Positions 1-13,185 of a stretch of DNA of 64,000 nucleotides are shown in pieces. Both the position numbers and the translations under genes were made by a program. The stretch spans positions 25,358,001 to 25,422,000 of the forward strand of contig JAQFVV010000003.1 of the NCBI GenBank assembly GCA_028023455.1, read 5' to 3'. This stretch comes from Epiperipatus broadwayi (taxonomy: Eukaryota; Animalia; Onychophora). The stretch's first letter is position 1, and the number at the start of each line of letters is the position of its first letter. Under the pieces are notes generated by a model that had not been told where the DNA came from, did not search any database, and worked only from the letters and a program-made list of their open reading frames with translations.

Positions 1-2127
1 ATAAAAAGTTTGCATTTAAAATTTTTTTTTTAAGACTGAAAAATTGAAAATAAATTCTACCTTAAACTCGTATATATATAAATCGCACAGAGGAGAAAAA
101 TTATTAAAATAAAACTTTATTAAAGAAAAAGTATTTTAAAACTAAATTTTAAAAAGATTTGGAGATAAAATTATATCTTTAAATTTATCTTTAAATATAT
201 CTTTGGATTTGGAAAACAGGTTAATTAATGTTATGGAAATGATTATTTTAATTAGTCCAAGTGGATAAGCCTTTGGGCATTTAAATGTATAAACAACGGT
301 CAGATAGGAAAACAATAGAAACTTTTAGCAAATGAAAGAAATCCATCGGAAAATTGGACCTCAATGAAAAGGTTTTCACCATCATGATGTAATGTTGAGT
401 TAATCCACAAAATTATTATAAAAGAAAAGATTGGAAAATAAATTAATTAGTTATTACGAGAGGACAGATATGTGTTAGTGCGGAGTCGAAGGAGAAGGGA
501 TTGAAAAGATGCACTCTTCAATCCTTTCAGTTCTGCTAAGAAAGAAAAAGAAATGAACTATAGTTTTCTACATTGAGGACCAGTTAAAGCAAAAATCTCC
601 GGATGGATAAATAAATCAGCCTACAGAATATCAACCCGTTTAGGACGGCGTGGGAATTCACGTTCATGGCAAGCAACAGATAAAGATGAACTGTTTAAAA
701 CCATAAGAACTTTATAATTAATGAACATTAAATTAAAAACTTTCCGTATTTAAATAATACAAATAGAATCCTATCTGACCAACGTAAATTAATATTAATA
801 ATGTCATTTGATGTTTTTTTTTTTTATTTAAAATCATTTCCATTTATTTATTTTTTGTTCTTTTAAGTTTCTATTATGATTTTTGTTTTTCGTTAGACTA
901 AATTACATAAATGTTAAACTTTAGTCAGGCATGAATGGCTATATAGATTTGTAAAGTTATATTAGGGGAGGGTAATCTTAGGTTATTCGTTTCGTAGTTG
1001 AATTAGCTCAATGGATTGGATATATTGGTGTAATTAGTAGATGTAGTACGAGATTCGCTATGGGCAGAATCGCTATTATACGCCGCACACTTCTGTTTTG
1101 CCTATGGAAGGGATTATAAGATATAGAACGCTGTTCCTTTCGATGGTGTTTTTTTTATTGCTCTTCTTGTCTGATAGATCTAATATTCCTATCTGATGAG
1201 AAGCAGTTTCTTCTCTTAACCTAATTGTGCTGCCGTATTCATATTACATTGAACACATCGATATATCAGATGGATTGAAGTTTGGTTTGACTGCGAACCT
1301 TTAGCCTAAGGTTAAACAAGGGTTGAATATTTTCTTTTCAAATGCAAATCTATGTAGTCTATTCATACTCGACACTCTAAATAAATATGCATTAAATTTA
1401 AGTTGGGTATAGACGCTTGCATGGGTTCGTTACCGGTTGATTATGTTTTTGGTTTTCATATTCGATCAAAATATATATATAGACATTCGGTAAATACTGA
1501 TACCTTATGGTGAGTATCTAAAATGTATTTATTCGGATGTCTTTTAAGTTATTGGTGTTAATGCAAGCATCTTATGGTGAATGCTATTGGGTTACTTATA
1601 AATTTCCCTCTGCAATTGACGGTATCAATGATTTTGTATTTTGATCGTTTATGTTTATTTGAAATGTTTTTGACCATGGAATCTATGTAACCGATCTATA
1701 CTCAACATTTTTAAACAAATCTGTGCGAACTAATAATAGTATAAAATTTAAAATGTAAATTAAAAATCTAAAATAAAAGTTAAAAATAAAGTTAAATGTT
1801 AAAATAAACATATTAAAATAAAAATGTTAAATGTTATATATATATATGTGTGCGTAAATAAATTTTTGTATGTTAATTACTGGCAGTGGCTTATTTTATT
1901 TATTTTTTAATATTGAAATATAATTAGATATTATATTATTAAATCTCTGCTACTCCCTGAGCTAGTGACTTGGGCTAATGACCGGAATCAAAATTTAAAA
2001 AAAAAAAAAAAAAATTTTTTTTTTTGACTTACGTATCTGCCTACTTTATAAATTTTTCTAGGTTCAAATGCCTAGATGGCGCCCTGTAGTGCAGATCACA
2101 TTAAGTGTAATTCTCCGGATCGTTACA
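1..2127. mobile_element. Solo-LTR-like repeat, copy 1 (left end lies outside the window)
   Basis: Homologous along its length to 23724-25362, with a 69-nt identical block (2026-2094 vs 25263-25331). Ends in CGTTACA, the inverted complement of TGTAACG at the start of copy 2. No coding capacity seen. Confidence 0.6.
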
Positions 2128-2789
2128 ATACTTTATGGTGTCTTTGGTTCTTTAATAACTACAGTCACCACAATTATATTGGGAAGAAATGGTGATCATA
2201 TGATGTTTAGTGGTTTATACCTATAGCTGTTAATTTCAAACTTTCATGTGAATGATTATCTCTTTAAAATTTGTGTAGAATCAATACACTTGACCATTTT
2301 TCATTGTTTATTTTCAAGTTTATTTTATTGTTTTTATTTTAATGAATGAATTCTTATTTTCTATTTTATCTTTTAATTTTTTACAGATTTTGTTGAGTCA
2401 AACTTAATAAACAAAATTAGTTTAAACTTTAAACTACCAACTTCGAAAAAATCTTACTAATAAAGAGAAATAAATGAAGTAAATAATCAAAACAAAAGGC
2501 TTCGTTTTAGTTGCCATACTTAATAAAATACATTTTAACAAACAAATAGTGATTTTTCCAAAATTAATATTTTGTATATATGTTTTGATAAAGCATAGGT
2601 CCAAATAATAAAAACTCTTTGGACTATTAAAATTGAATTTAGAAAAAAACAACACAAAATACAATAAGAATGATATTAATAGAAGATATTCTATTTCATT
2701 TCCTCTCTAATATAATTAAATTTTCACTTGATTGAACTTGCTATTAAATCATACTTGACTGATCATCCAAATTATGTTTATTACAAATT

Positions 2790-3520
2790 CAAAAAATCTA
2801 AGATTTATTATTATAAAAGTGGTATCCCTGGAGGAAACACTATTAGACCAATTTTATTTTCATTATACACTTATGATATATCTGAAATTGTTAGCAGTTG
2901 AAATTTTATAGTTTTCTGATGATATAAAGTTATTTCTTAAAAGTTATAATTTATCTGATCATTTAAAGTTGCAGAGTTCTATAAATAACTTTGTGATTTG
3001 GTGTAAAAAAATCAGATGATTGTTATATTAAGAAAACATTTGTTGTCTCATTTTGTAATAAAACATTAGCCAGTTTTTTTCATTATTTTGTTAATAACAC
3101 ATTTATTAGGTGTTTGGTTTAATAGTAATAGTCTTTTTTTAACTCACTTCAGATAGAATTATTCCTAAATGTAATAGAATTACTGGAATTATATCAAGGT
3201 TAAAAAATGTTTTACATAAGCAATCACATATTTATTTATTTTATGTAATGCTTGTTACTACAATTAATTCTTGTTCTGTTGTTTGGAATGCTAAAACAAA
3301 ACGTTATGAGGAATAACTGCAGAATATAATGAAAAGGTACTTTAAGCATGTAGGTTTAAAATTACCTGTGAGTAGTGAACCATATCTTATGGAAAATGCA
3401 TGTTGAATGATGTACTGTTTTTTAAAAAAGCATTTTATGTAAATATGATACATCAGAATTTATTCATAATACAAATTATAGAATTCCTAATATAACTAGA
3501 AATAATGATTTATTTTATAT
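2790..3520 (+). pseudogene. Degraded CR1/L2/Jockey-type LINE RT fragment (3' part)
   Basis: Manual translation from 2818 gives SGIPGGNTIRPILFSLYTYDISEIV...FSDDIKLFLKSYNLSDHLKLQSSINNFVIWCKK. This corresponds to the CR1-type GVPQGS.LGPLLF / FADD.KLF / LQ..L..W motifs, with stops and frameshifts. Confidence 0.7.
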
Positions 3521-4754
3521 TAAAAAATAAAATTATAATTATTATAGAAATTCTGCCATGTATTATATACAATAAATAAATCATGAATTGTCATGATTTC
3601 TTACATCAATGTAAACTAATTCCTGGAATTACTACTAATCTGTTCTTACATGCTTAATAAATTGAATTGAATTTCAATAAAATCTAAATATAAACATTTA
3701 GAAACACTTATTATTTAACAAAAAATAATAAAAAAGATAAGGAGATTATATAAACTTATTTTGTTTTTAAAGCTAAATTAAGGGTAATATAGTGCAAGCT
3801 TATTAATATTTTTTCAACTCTATACAATATGAGCAGACTTATTGTTTCTGATTGGCTCCAAACTCTTTACCTCCAGTAGCTTCTGACAACTAGGTACTTT
3901 AATTAAAGCTAATAAATCACACAAAAATAAATCATTTTAAATTAAAATTTCTATCACTAACAGTTCATTGTGGATTTCTATTGATAACAATCATATATTA
4001 ATGATATATAGTACCAAACATAATTAATAACAAATTCTATATAATACATATTTTTAACACATATACTTATGACATAATTTAATTTAAAAATTGGTCTTAC
4101 TAAGATATCATTATGAATAACAATAAAAAAAAACATCACAGTACTGTAATAATTTGAAAAAAAAAAAAGAAAAAGACAGATTTATGTACTTATATACTTC
4201 AAACTAAGATGAATGTTTTTTTCTTTCATTGCTAAGTTAATTATTTTCATTTTCACTTAACACTTTGGTGTTATTTTAAATAAAAAAAATATTGATTAAT
4301 TTACAGCAATATCACTGTGAATGTAAATTAATATGTTCACTGTAATAGCAATCAGGTGACTGACTGACTGCACATTGAGTGTGTGTGTGTGGCGGGGTAA
4401 ATGTTGACAAAGAGATGATTAATGAAATAATGGTAGGTATGTGCAAAATTTTGAAATTTAAATTTACAGTTTTTTAAATTTTATTTTTTTAAATCATAGA
4501 TATACACCCATATGACTTTTATGTAATTATTACACTACCTATTTTATGTTCAATACATATTACATTTTTTAAGCATGTTATATATTAAATTGAAATGAAC
4601 CTCAGAATATTGCTATAGTGTATCTGTCATGTTATGTTCATGATTTGAATCTTGAGTAAACTTGGAAAGAAAATTTTCAGTTACATTTAGGCTTTTTTTT
4701 TCTTCAGGTTACCCTCCTATAGCCAATACACCTAATATTAGTTTCAGCATTATT

Positions 4755-6855
4755 TTCAACCATTATCAGTCCACAGCAGGATGAAGGTCTCTCCAAATTC
4801 AATCCATTTTCTTTGAACTCTGACCTCTCTTCTCCACATCACTTCTGCATATTTTCTTATTTCATCCATTTCACATGTGGTTCCAATCCCAGTTTAAGAT
4901 TTCAACTGTACATCTATTACCATCTTTTCTACTAATATGTCCAGACAACTCCACTTGTCTCTTAAATTCTTTCAATGATGCCAATAACACCAATTTGTTC
5001 TCTTATCCATGTATATCATTTTCAATTTCTTCTTGTTACTCTTGACATGCATCCATCCATACTTCTTTGAGTGGTCTGAAGTCTTTATATTGATTTTCTG
5101 TTAAATGTCCAAGTTTCAGATCCATAAGTAAGAACTAGTCAAACACATTTATTAAAAACCTTTCTTTTCAAATGTATACACATATTTCCTTTTAATATTA
5201 AGTTACTTCTACCAAAAATACCCCAACCAAGTTTGATTCTATGGTTAATGCCATCATGTATCCATTTGTAATAATAATCTGACCAAGGTATTTGTAGTTA
5301 CTAACTTCTTCTAACTCATCATTATCCATCTTTATTTTCATCTTTTGAAAAAAAATCCATTGAAATTTAATTTAGTTTTTTTTAACATTTACTTTTAATC
5401 CTACTTTCTTACTTTCATTTGATAATTCTTGCAATACTTCTTGAAGCTCTAAAGCATTATTTGCAAAAACAGTTATATCATCTGTAAAATCTAGATGATT
5501 TAAATAATCTACATTTACTTTTACTCCTTTGGCTTCCCATTTTAATTTACAAAATATTTCTGGCTTTTAGAACTGCTGTAAAAAGTTTTGAGAATCCCTG
5601 TCATACATTCTTTCAATATTAAGTTTCCTAGTATCATTATGAAATATCATAGTTGCTATTGCATTTTTATAAATATTCTTCAAAATAAGAATAGGTCTAC
5701 ATCCTGATGCTCCAATGCTTTAATCACTGAAGAAATGCTTATAGAATCAAACAAATGCCTTTTCATAAACTACAAATTCAAAAAATAATGCTAACTCATA
5801 TTCATTGGTTCTTTCTATAACTTCTCTTAATAATTCAATATGACCCACTGTACTAAAAAAAACATTTTTATTTTTTTAAGTTAAAATCTAAAGTTTCCTG
5901 TAGACAAGTTGTAATTATCTTTATAAAAATTTTGTATAGAAGTGATGAGATTCATAGGTGTGTAATTTTTAACATCTTTTTTAACACCTTTTTTGAACAT
6001 TAATATTAATACTGCATTCTTCCAATCATTTGATACATCTTTTTAACACCTGTTTTGAACATTAATATTAATATTGCATTCTTCCAATCATTTGGTACAT
6101 CTTCATCATTTAGGCATTTAGTATATAGCTTTACCAAAATTGTTCTATTTCTTGCTTCTTTTAAGATATTGATTATAATTCCACCATTACATGGATCTTT
6201 TCCCTTCTTCATAAATTTAATTACATGTCTCACTTCTTCACTTAAAATCTTGTGCAATTTAGAAGATATAGTAGTTGTAGGATCTTATTCTTTATTACTA
6301 TATAATTCTTGACAGAACTTTTCTATACATTTCATGATGCCATTTCACTTTTTAGTAATAGTTCCATCATTTTTTTTTATCCCAGAAATAAATTTCCTTC
6401 CACTACCAAGCTGTTGCTTTACACTCTTGAGACTTATTCTCTTTTATAGCTATCCTTGCTAGTTCGCAATTATATTTTTTTATATTGTTATCAGCTCCTT
6501 TTTGTCCTATTTTACAAATTCGAAATATTCAATCCTTTTTAACGCGTTTTTATATATTTCTATATTCCTTATTTTTTAATAAATTTTCTAGTCTCATTAA
6601 AAATTTACTGGTAAATTGCTATTTTTTTTATATGCCAGCTATCTTTATTGCAATTTTTTAAAGTGCACGAGTTGTCTTTTTAATGATTTCATTTAAATAT
6701 GAATCATTTTCAAAATCTGTTAATATTTGAAAACGATTTACTAGTTCTAATTTAAATTCATTGGAATGTTTCTGAAGATTAGGAATATCAGCTGTGAATA
6801 TAGTTTTTTTTAATAATTTCAGTCTCTAGTTTTGCATTAACATCTATCTTACATG
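4755..6855 (-). mobile_element. 5'-truncated, decayed RTE LINE copy (same family as 46164-49455)
   Basis: Collinear nucleotide similarity to 46175-48280, including the shared 3' end CATTATCA.TCCAC.GCAGGATGAAGGTCTCTCCAA. The ORF at 6006-6257 matches the 47054-47629 peptide. There is an internal ~60-bp tandem duplication near 5970-6100. Confidence 0.9.
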
Positions 6856-8304
6856 TTAATTCAGTAAATGGATGTCTAACTATTCTTAGTAATAGAATAA
6901 AACAAGGCTAAAATCACCCGCTCAAATCATCATTTGGCAAATCTAATGAGTAAGAGAATTTTTTCTTCACAGATTCTCACTCAGATTATGAGAGAGGTAT
7001 TGAAATGAACTATTTATTAAAGATTGTTTTGCCTTTAATCATTATATATTACGCTAAACCTTTCACGATAAAACAACAGTTACGAGCTCTTCACTTTTAA
7101 AATTTGTGAAAGGAGTTGTACTTTGTTTACTTATAAATCACATCTTTTTAAAAGCAAAAATTTTTTTAACAACAGCTTTCTTTAATAGCGCTGTTAATGC
7201 AAATCGCTTTTCACATCAACTGAAGCAAAAAAAAAGTAATGTAAATAAAAGAGTAGAAGAGGGAGATTGAAAGAGAAGATAAGTTTATTCTCATATTGTA
7301 ATTTAATTAAATTTCTTGGCAATGTCAATAGAAAAATAAATAATTGTGAAAATATTTAGTTTGTAACTGTTTTTTATATATTTACAAAAAAAACAACAAC
7401 AACATAATCTCAATTATAAATGAAAGATATAAAACTGATCAAAGTAAAACAACTAATGAAACCCAAATTATTCATTCAAAAAGGAAGTATTTTTACTTCT
7501 AAATGAAAAAATACCGATAGTAAATGGAAATGATGGTTTTATTGCTAGAAGTTTATAAGTTTAAGCACAGGATGTGACAGAGCTGAATTGCGATCCGTGA
7601 ATTTTGGCTGCACCAAATCCTGTAGGTTATAATACATAATAAAAATAATTCTTTCCCAATCTCTTTATCGTGGAAGATTTTTTGACATAAAAATTATTAT
7701 CTATAATTCATAACAACACAGTCTTTAAGCTCTATACATAACTGCAGGTAAATTTTAATAACATAACAGCATTCTTTTGCATTTGGAATAATAATTTATG
7801 CTATTTTTCTGTATTCCAGAGTCATTTATTGTAAGTTTAAATAATTAATGAGCACCATATGCATAAAGTAGTCACTGGTTTATTAGTCTTCTTCACATAA
7901 GAACAATAATCCAGTAATTAGTCTGGAGAAACAAATGACCCTTAATTGTCAAATGATAAAATTTTAATAAAATGAGATAATCATAGTTAAGATCAATATT
8001 TTTTTTTAAATTGATCAAACTGAACTTTTTATACTTTCCACATTTGGGAATCAATTCAGGAAACTAATTTTCAAGTCTGCTACTTTTAACATTGGACTAA
8101 GGAACTGCACAGGACATATGATCAGATTATGTGCACAAAAATTGATTACTGGGGCATAACAGCTTCAGTTACTTGACTTTTTCTATGCTGAGAATCGATC
8201 CAGGAAACTTCCTACTTGTTTATTTTCACCACAATGTTAAACTATTTATTATAGCAATACAATGGCAGACTCAAAAACTAAAAATTCACAGATCATTTCC
8301 TATT

Positions 8305-8412
8305 AAACATCACATGATCACCATTTTTTATGCTTGCTCATAACTGTTATTAAAACAAGCAAAACTCTCCACTGAGTGGCACTACTGTATGGACAGTTTT
8401 GCCTGTTTTAAT
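8305..8412. repeat. Family A fold-back remnant (3' terminal part only, no hammerhead)
   Basis: Shares AAAACTCTCCA and TGAGTGGCACTACTGTATGGA.AGTTTTGCCTGTTTTAAT with 37936-38097 and 39803-40225, and forms a hairpin. A further short family A fragment lies at 2184-2228. Confidence 0.75.
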
Positions 8413-10296
8413 CATTTCCTATTCAAATAATAAAGTGAAAACAAATATCTCAGTTTAATCAATTGAGGAAAATTATTGTGCTCAACCTACCATTTGGATG
8501 CTTAAATATCAAATGATCTCCAAAGCAACTGCCTACAAAGTTTCTAGAACAGATAAAGACTGATAATCAGAAGTTTCTGATAGATAAAAAGATTTACATT
8601 GGCAAACTTCAACTTCACTATATATAGATATGTTTAGATTGCAAAAAAAAACAAACTTTTTTGACATTTACAGCAAAAAAGCAAGACTATACTCACTAGG
8701 CCTGTCAAGTACCAGATGGTAAGAATTTATGGCATTTTAAATAAAGCAACACACAATTCTTATACTGAACATTCAATATTTGTATATATAAGTAATAATC
8801 CAATCTCTCATTCTACTCAAGAATCATTTGTTACAAAAGTAAGTAACAATTAGACAACAGTACCAATGACCAGAAACTAATTTAAGAATTTGATTAGCAA
8901 TCCCACCTGGCATATATTTATTATTTATATTTATGATAGATAACTCAAGAAATAAAATGGCAGATAAGATTACTGCTTTCGATAGCAAAAAATAACTAAA
9001 CATTTACTTACTGATCAATACTGGCTGGCTAGCTTGCTTGGAATCTAAAACAATTTCATGTTTAACCTATGTTCAAACTCTAGATCAAGAATATAGCAAT
9101 TCAATGTTGTAAACCCTCCACTATAAATTTCTATAAATATATTATAACCACAATAATTTAGAGAGAGAATCGATACCACAATGATCGATCTATCGATACC
9201 CCTAATTGATTGATTCCACCACATTGGGCATGCCAAAATTGCAACCATAAAGAGTGGTATGAATGATAAACTAAACAACTAAACCTCTCTATATACTCTA
9301 AAACATATAAAGTACAATATAACAATTTGTCAATTGCTAAAACAGAGAATCATTAATATAAATAAAATAACTATTGCCAAGTGCTTTCAACTCCTACAAG
9401 TCCTTATCAAGGCAGTAAAAAACTCCTATTTTCTCCTAAGTGATAAATTCAACATTTCATTGCATTGGCCAGGAACAACTAATCAGAAAACTGGCTACTT
9501 TTGAATTCATAGCACAAAAACATATAGTATTAATAATAAACTCAGGATTATGCAGCTATAGCTCAGAATAATATAGATTATAATAAGTTTATAAAAATAT
9601 ACATGGCTAGCTCAAGTGCACATATATGCTGCTATAATAAGAACAAAATAAGCATCAAAACCATTAGTTTTCATATTCTCTCTTAAAATATAATAACTCT
9701 TACAATCTAAGCATAAGGCACAGAAAGGATTAGGTTACTTTCAAAATCTTCTTTTTCCAACACATATCCTAAAATACAATCAAATCTTATAATTGTCATG
9801 ATTAGTTTTCCAAAATGATCAGATTTAAAGAATAGTTATTCTTTATTAAGTTGACATGTCTTCTTTTATGCCATATAACTTTTTCTTAATAATTTGATCT
9901 TAAACATAGCAATTCTTTCTCAAATAATTTGTAAATAAAATCGGGATTCTTTTATGATGGATTATCTCATAATCACTAATTTTGTTATTCTCTTTATTTG
10001 GCTAAAAACCAATCATGAATGTAATCCTAGTAACAAATAACTGTAATAAGATACGATCTTATCCTTAAGATGATATGTTATCGAATCAAACAATTATTAA
10101 ATTTAGAATTAAAATTAAGGCTGAATAAACTCTTAAATTAAAAATAACTATAATACAGTAGAATGACATTCATGATGTCATGAGTGTAAAACTTTAATAT
10201 GTGTTAGTATTAAATATGCACACATTATATAATTCGGATATGATATATAGGAAAATTATCTTGAACCATTCTATAAATAATAAGAATTTATTAAAT

Positions 10297-10337
10297 CTCC
10301 AAACATTTTCGAAGGCTTACCCTTCATTATCAAGAAG
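10297..10337 (-). ncRNA. Putative minimal type I hammerhead ribozyme (U3-A8 variant) in the PLE terminal repeat
   Basis: Minus strand reads CUUC-UUGAUAA-U-GAAGG(GUAAG)CCUUC-GAAA-AUGU-UU-GGAG: 4-bp stem I, 5-bp stem II and an intact GAAA. Confidence 0.55.
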
Positions 10338-10510
10338 TACAAACTCTCTTATCATTTTTCAATGATATACTGATATGCAAAACTGGGTGAATATGCAAAT
10401 TAAAATCAGAGCACCTCCACTCATCATTTCTTTGACAAGGCGTAAAACGACTCCCTTTTGTTCATTGCGTGCTCATCTGAGATGATGAAACACGCCTCCT
10501 TAATCTTTCT

Positions 10511-12669
10511 TCACAAATCACTCCACTCCCTACACAATACTCTTGGTCCATCTGGTCTGCACGAATGACCCAATGGCTGCACAAAAATTGAAGGGTGAGA
10601 TGAATCAGCTAAGGCCTTATTGTATGAACGCACATGTTGGGATAATCTAGTTTGAACCGATGCTTTCATCTCCCAATAATATGCAGCCAGGCAGTTGTTT
10701 TCACTGCATGCAATCTTGTAGACTGCCTGCTGTGCTTGCACAGGAAGCATATAATCTTTGGTGTTGTTTATACACCTATTGAAATTATGGGGCGAACGAA
10801 AAGACACACAGAACTCCGAGCAAAAGATCGTCCGCATTTTCCTATAAATATTTTGAATATATGGGAGCAAAATTTGCAGTTATCATGTTTAAACCTGTGC
10901 TTAGGCCTTTTTTTAAATTTCTCAATAATATTATCAATGGCTCGTTGGTTATAGTGTGCCTTAATGAGCTCATTTCTATAAGTTTCGATGTTGCTTCTTT
11001 TATCAGCTTCAAAACTACACAAACAGTTATTTCTATGTAAAAATGATTTGAGGCCAGCAAATTTATGTATATCTGGTGTATTTGATAAATAATGTATATG
11101 GCCTCTGATGTTAATCGGCTTAATGTTCATTTTGTAATAAAAGCGATCAGCCTCAATCATTACTTGTAGGTCCAAATATTTAATACTGTTCGATGCTTCT
11201 TCCTGACTTACATTTATGTTAAGGCCTGATGCTGTTATGAGGTCAGCTTTAATATCCTCAATGGTTTCCTCCAGAGTGGCTACAAAGATATCATCCACAT
11301 ACCTAGCATACAGAACTAATCTATTATTCATATATCTAGGCATAATAATCCATCCATACACATTCATCATAAGACTGGCGATGATACCGCTCATCAGAAG
11401 ACCCATTGGCCAACCATTGAGCATATGATACCATTCATGATTGAAAATTGCATAAATATTTTGGTTCATTCATTCTAGCAAAGCAACAACCAATTTGACC
11501 TGCTCAAGATCCATTCCATAATTAATGAGTGCTTCTCTTACTACAATGATCGATTTGGGTCTATCAATTGATCTATATAGCTCTGCTACATAAGTGCAGT
11601 CATCCCTGTGTGTTGCTCTGGATGTACATTTTTTCAATTTCTCAACAAAATCAAATGATGATTTGACAGCATACTCTCCATATCCAGTAGTTTGGGTGAT
11701 CCACTTATTTATGATCTTGGCTGCTTTATAGTAGTGTACTCTGCCAAAGTCAATCATCAACCTTAAAGGCACACCTTCTTTATGGATTTTGGCATTTGCA
11801 AATATTCTTGGGGGAGTAGTGGCTGAAGGATATATTTGCAGGTATTCCGCCTTAGTAAATGCTTTGAATGTGTGTGGCCTAAGCACAAACGATACAAATT
11901 TATCTTTGTTTAACTTGAAATTAATCTCAGGCACTTTTTGGAATTTTAGCTTGTCAATTTGTTGTTGAATTTTATACCTATAATCCACAGTGTCCATAAT
12001 AACAAATCTATTACCTTTATCCTCTTTCATTACTGTAATATTCTGTTGGCTCATAAACCTTTGTGTTGTTGCTATCCTGTCTCTCCACTGATCTCTCTGT
12101 GGCTGTATAATTTTAAGTCGCAAACCTCTTGCAACTTTTGCTATATAAGCATCCTTAAAAGGGTTCTTTTCCAATCCAGCTTCAGTATCAGCCACCAGCT
12201 CCATCTTAGGGGACTTCCATCTTTCCCCAACAAATCTAGGTCCTTTATTCAGAACTGGTTTAACTCCATCTGGGATCTGCGACATTGATAGGTTTATGAT
12301 ATCCTCTTGCATCAGTGGCTGCAGTTGAATGCCTTGTTTACCTGCCAAAAATTGGAACTTCTTGTCAAATTTCAATTCCAATTGTGCTTTTAGTCTATTG
12401 CATTTTCCAATAATATCAACAACTGGTGCCCTGTTGTGACAAACAATATTCAGTCTGTTGCAAGCTGTAGCCAGTTCTTTCCTACATTCAGCTATAACTC
12501 CATTTAGAATGAGCACCTGAACTTGTCTATTGATCACATTAATATTGTGTATTGACTGATTCAGCTTTACATGACAAAAGTTCGGAAACACTTTATAATT
12601 TCTACATTTCACCAAAAAATTCAGCCTTTGTCTATATCTGCAAACTTCCAGCATTGACTTCAAAGCCAT
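10511..12669 (-). pseudogene. PLE reverse transcriptase-GIY-YIG endonuclease polyprotein, interrupted
   Basis: ORFs 11470-12669, 10768-11469 and 10511-10870. Motifs: PPRIFANAKIHKEGVPLRLMI, GWPMGLLMSGIIA, RYVDDIFV, YLDLQV, and GIY-YIG-like VYKIACS...YY..MK...TRLSQH. In-frame TGA at 11470-11472 and 10511-10513, plus frameshifts. Confidence 0.9.
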
Positions 12670-13185
12670 TTGATACTGTATTATCGGTTCTATGACACAA
12701 TGAATGTAATATATATATTAAACCAACCTCCTCCAAAAACAATCAAACAAAAACATGATTACTTATATTATTTAACACTGGTTTACTATTTTCTACCTTC
12801 ACAACTCTTAACGCTATAAAAACTTACACTTTAAAAACTACTACTTAAACTTACGGAAAATAACAAACACTAAGCATCGACAAATAAAATATTAACAAAT
12901 ATTTTATGATATTTTGTCCTCCTAAATTTCCCTTTCAGAAAATGGTTGGTTTTCAGGCAGAGTGTCAACTATTATCAATAGCAAACTATTAATAACATTC
13001 AACACTCGACTACCAAATATGTACCGATCAAACAAACACTTTATTATTATTTTTTTCAAAGAAGAAAGAAAATCCCTTAGGTGCCAGCTAATTACATTAA
13101 ATTAGCACGTCCATCTGACCAGTACAATTTGGTGCCTGAACATCTGCTAGCTCAGTCTGTTCCAAAAACAAAACAAAGGTATATC

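Larger units (their letters stand above)
10184..12690 (-). mobile_element. Penelope-like retroelement (PLE) copy 1, near full length
   Basis: RT followed by a C-terminal GIY-YIG domain and a 3' pseudo-LTR-like non-coding tail (10184-10410) that is shared with copy 2 (17530-17790). Confidence 0.9.

Noticed and set aside
1188-1220. CTGATGAG followed by a hairpin as a hammerhead
   Set aside because: No GAAA after the stem and no stem III or cleavage triplet.
2075-2090. TGGCGCCC as a tRNA-Lys primer binding site
   Set aside because: It lies inside the repeat, ~45 bp from the terminus, and does not continue as CGAACAGGGAC.
10430-11472. Selenocysteine recoding of the PLE in-frame TGA with a SECIS in the 3' region (as in some Naiad PLEs)
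   Set aside because: Copy 2 has TAG at the RT codon. The endonuclease is C-terminal, unlike Naiads. The candidate stem at 10438-10498 lies within the decayed coding frame and lacks SECIS spacing.
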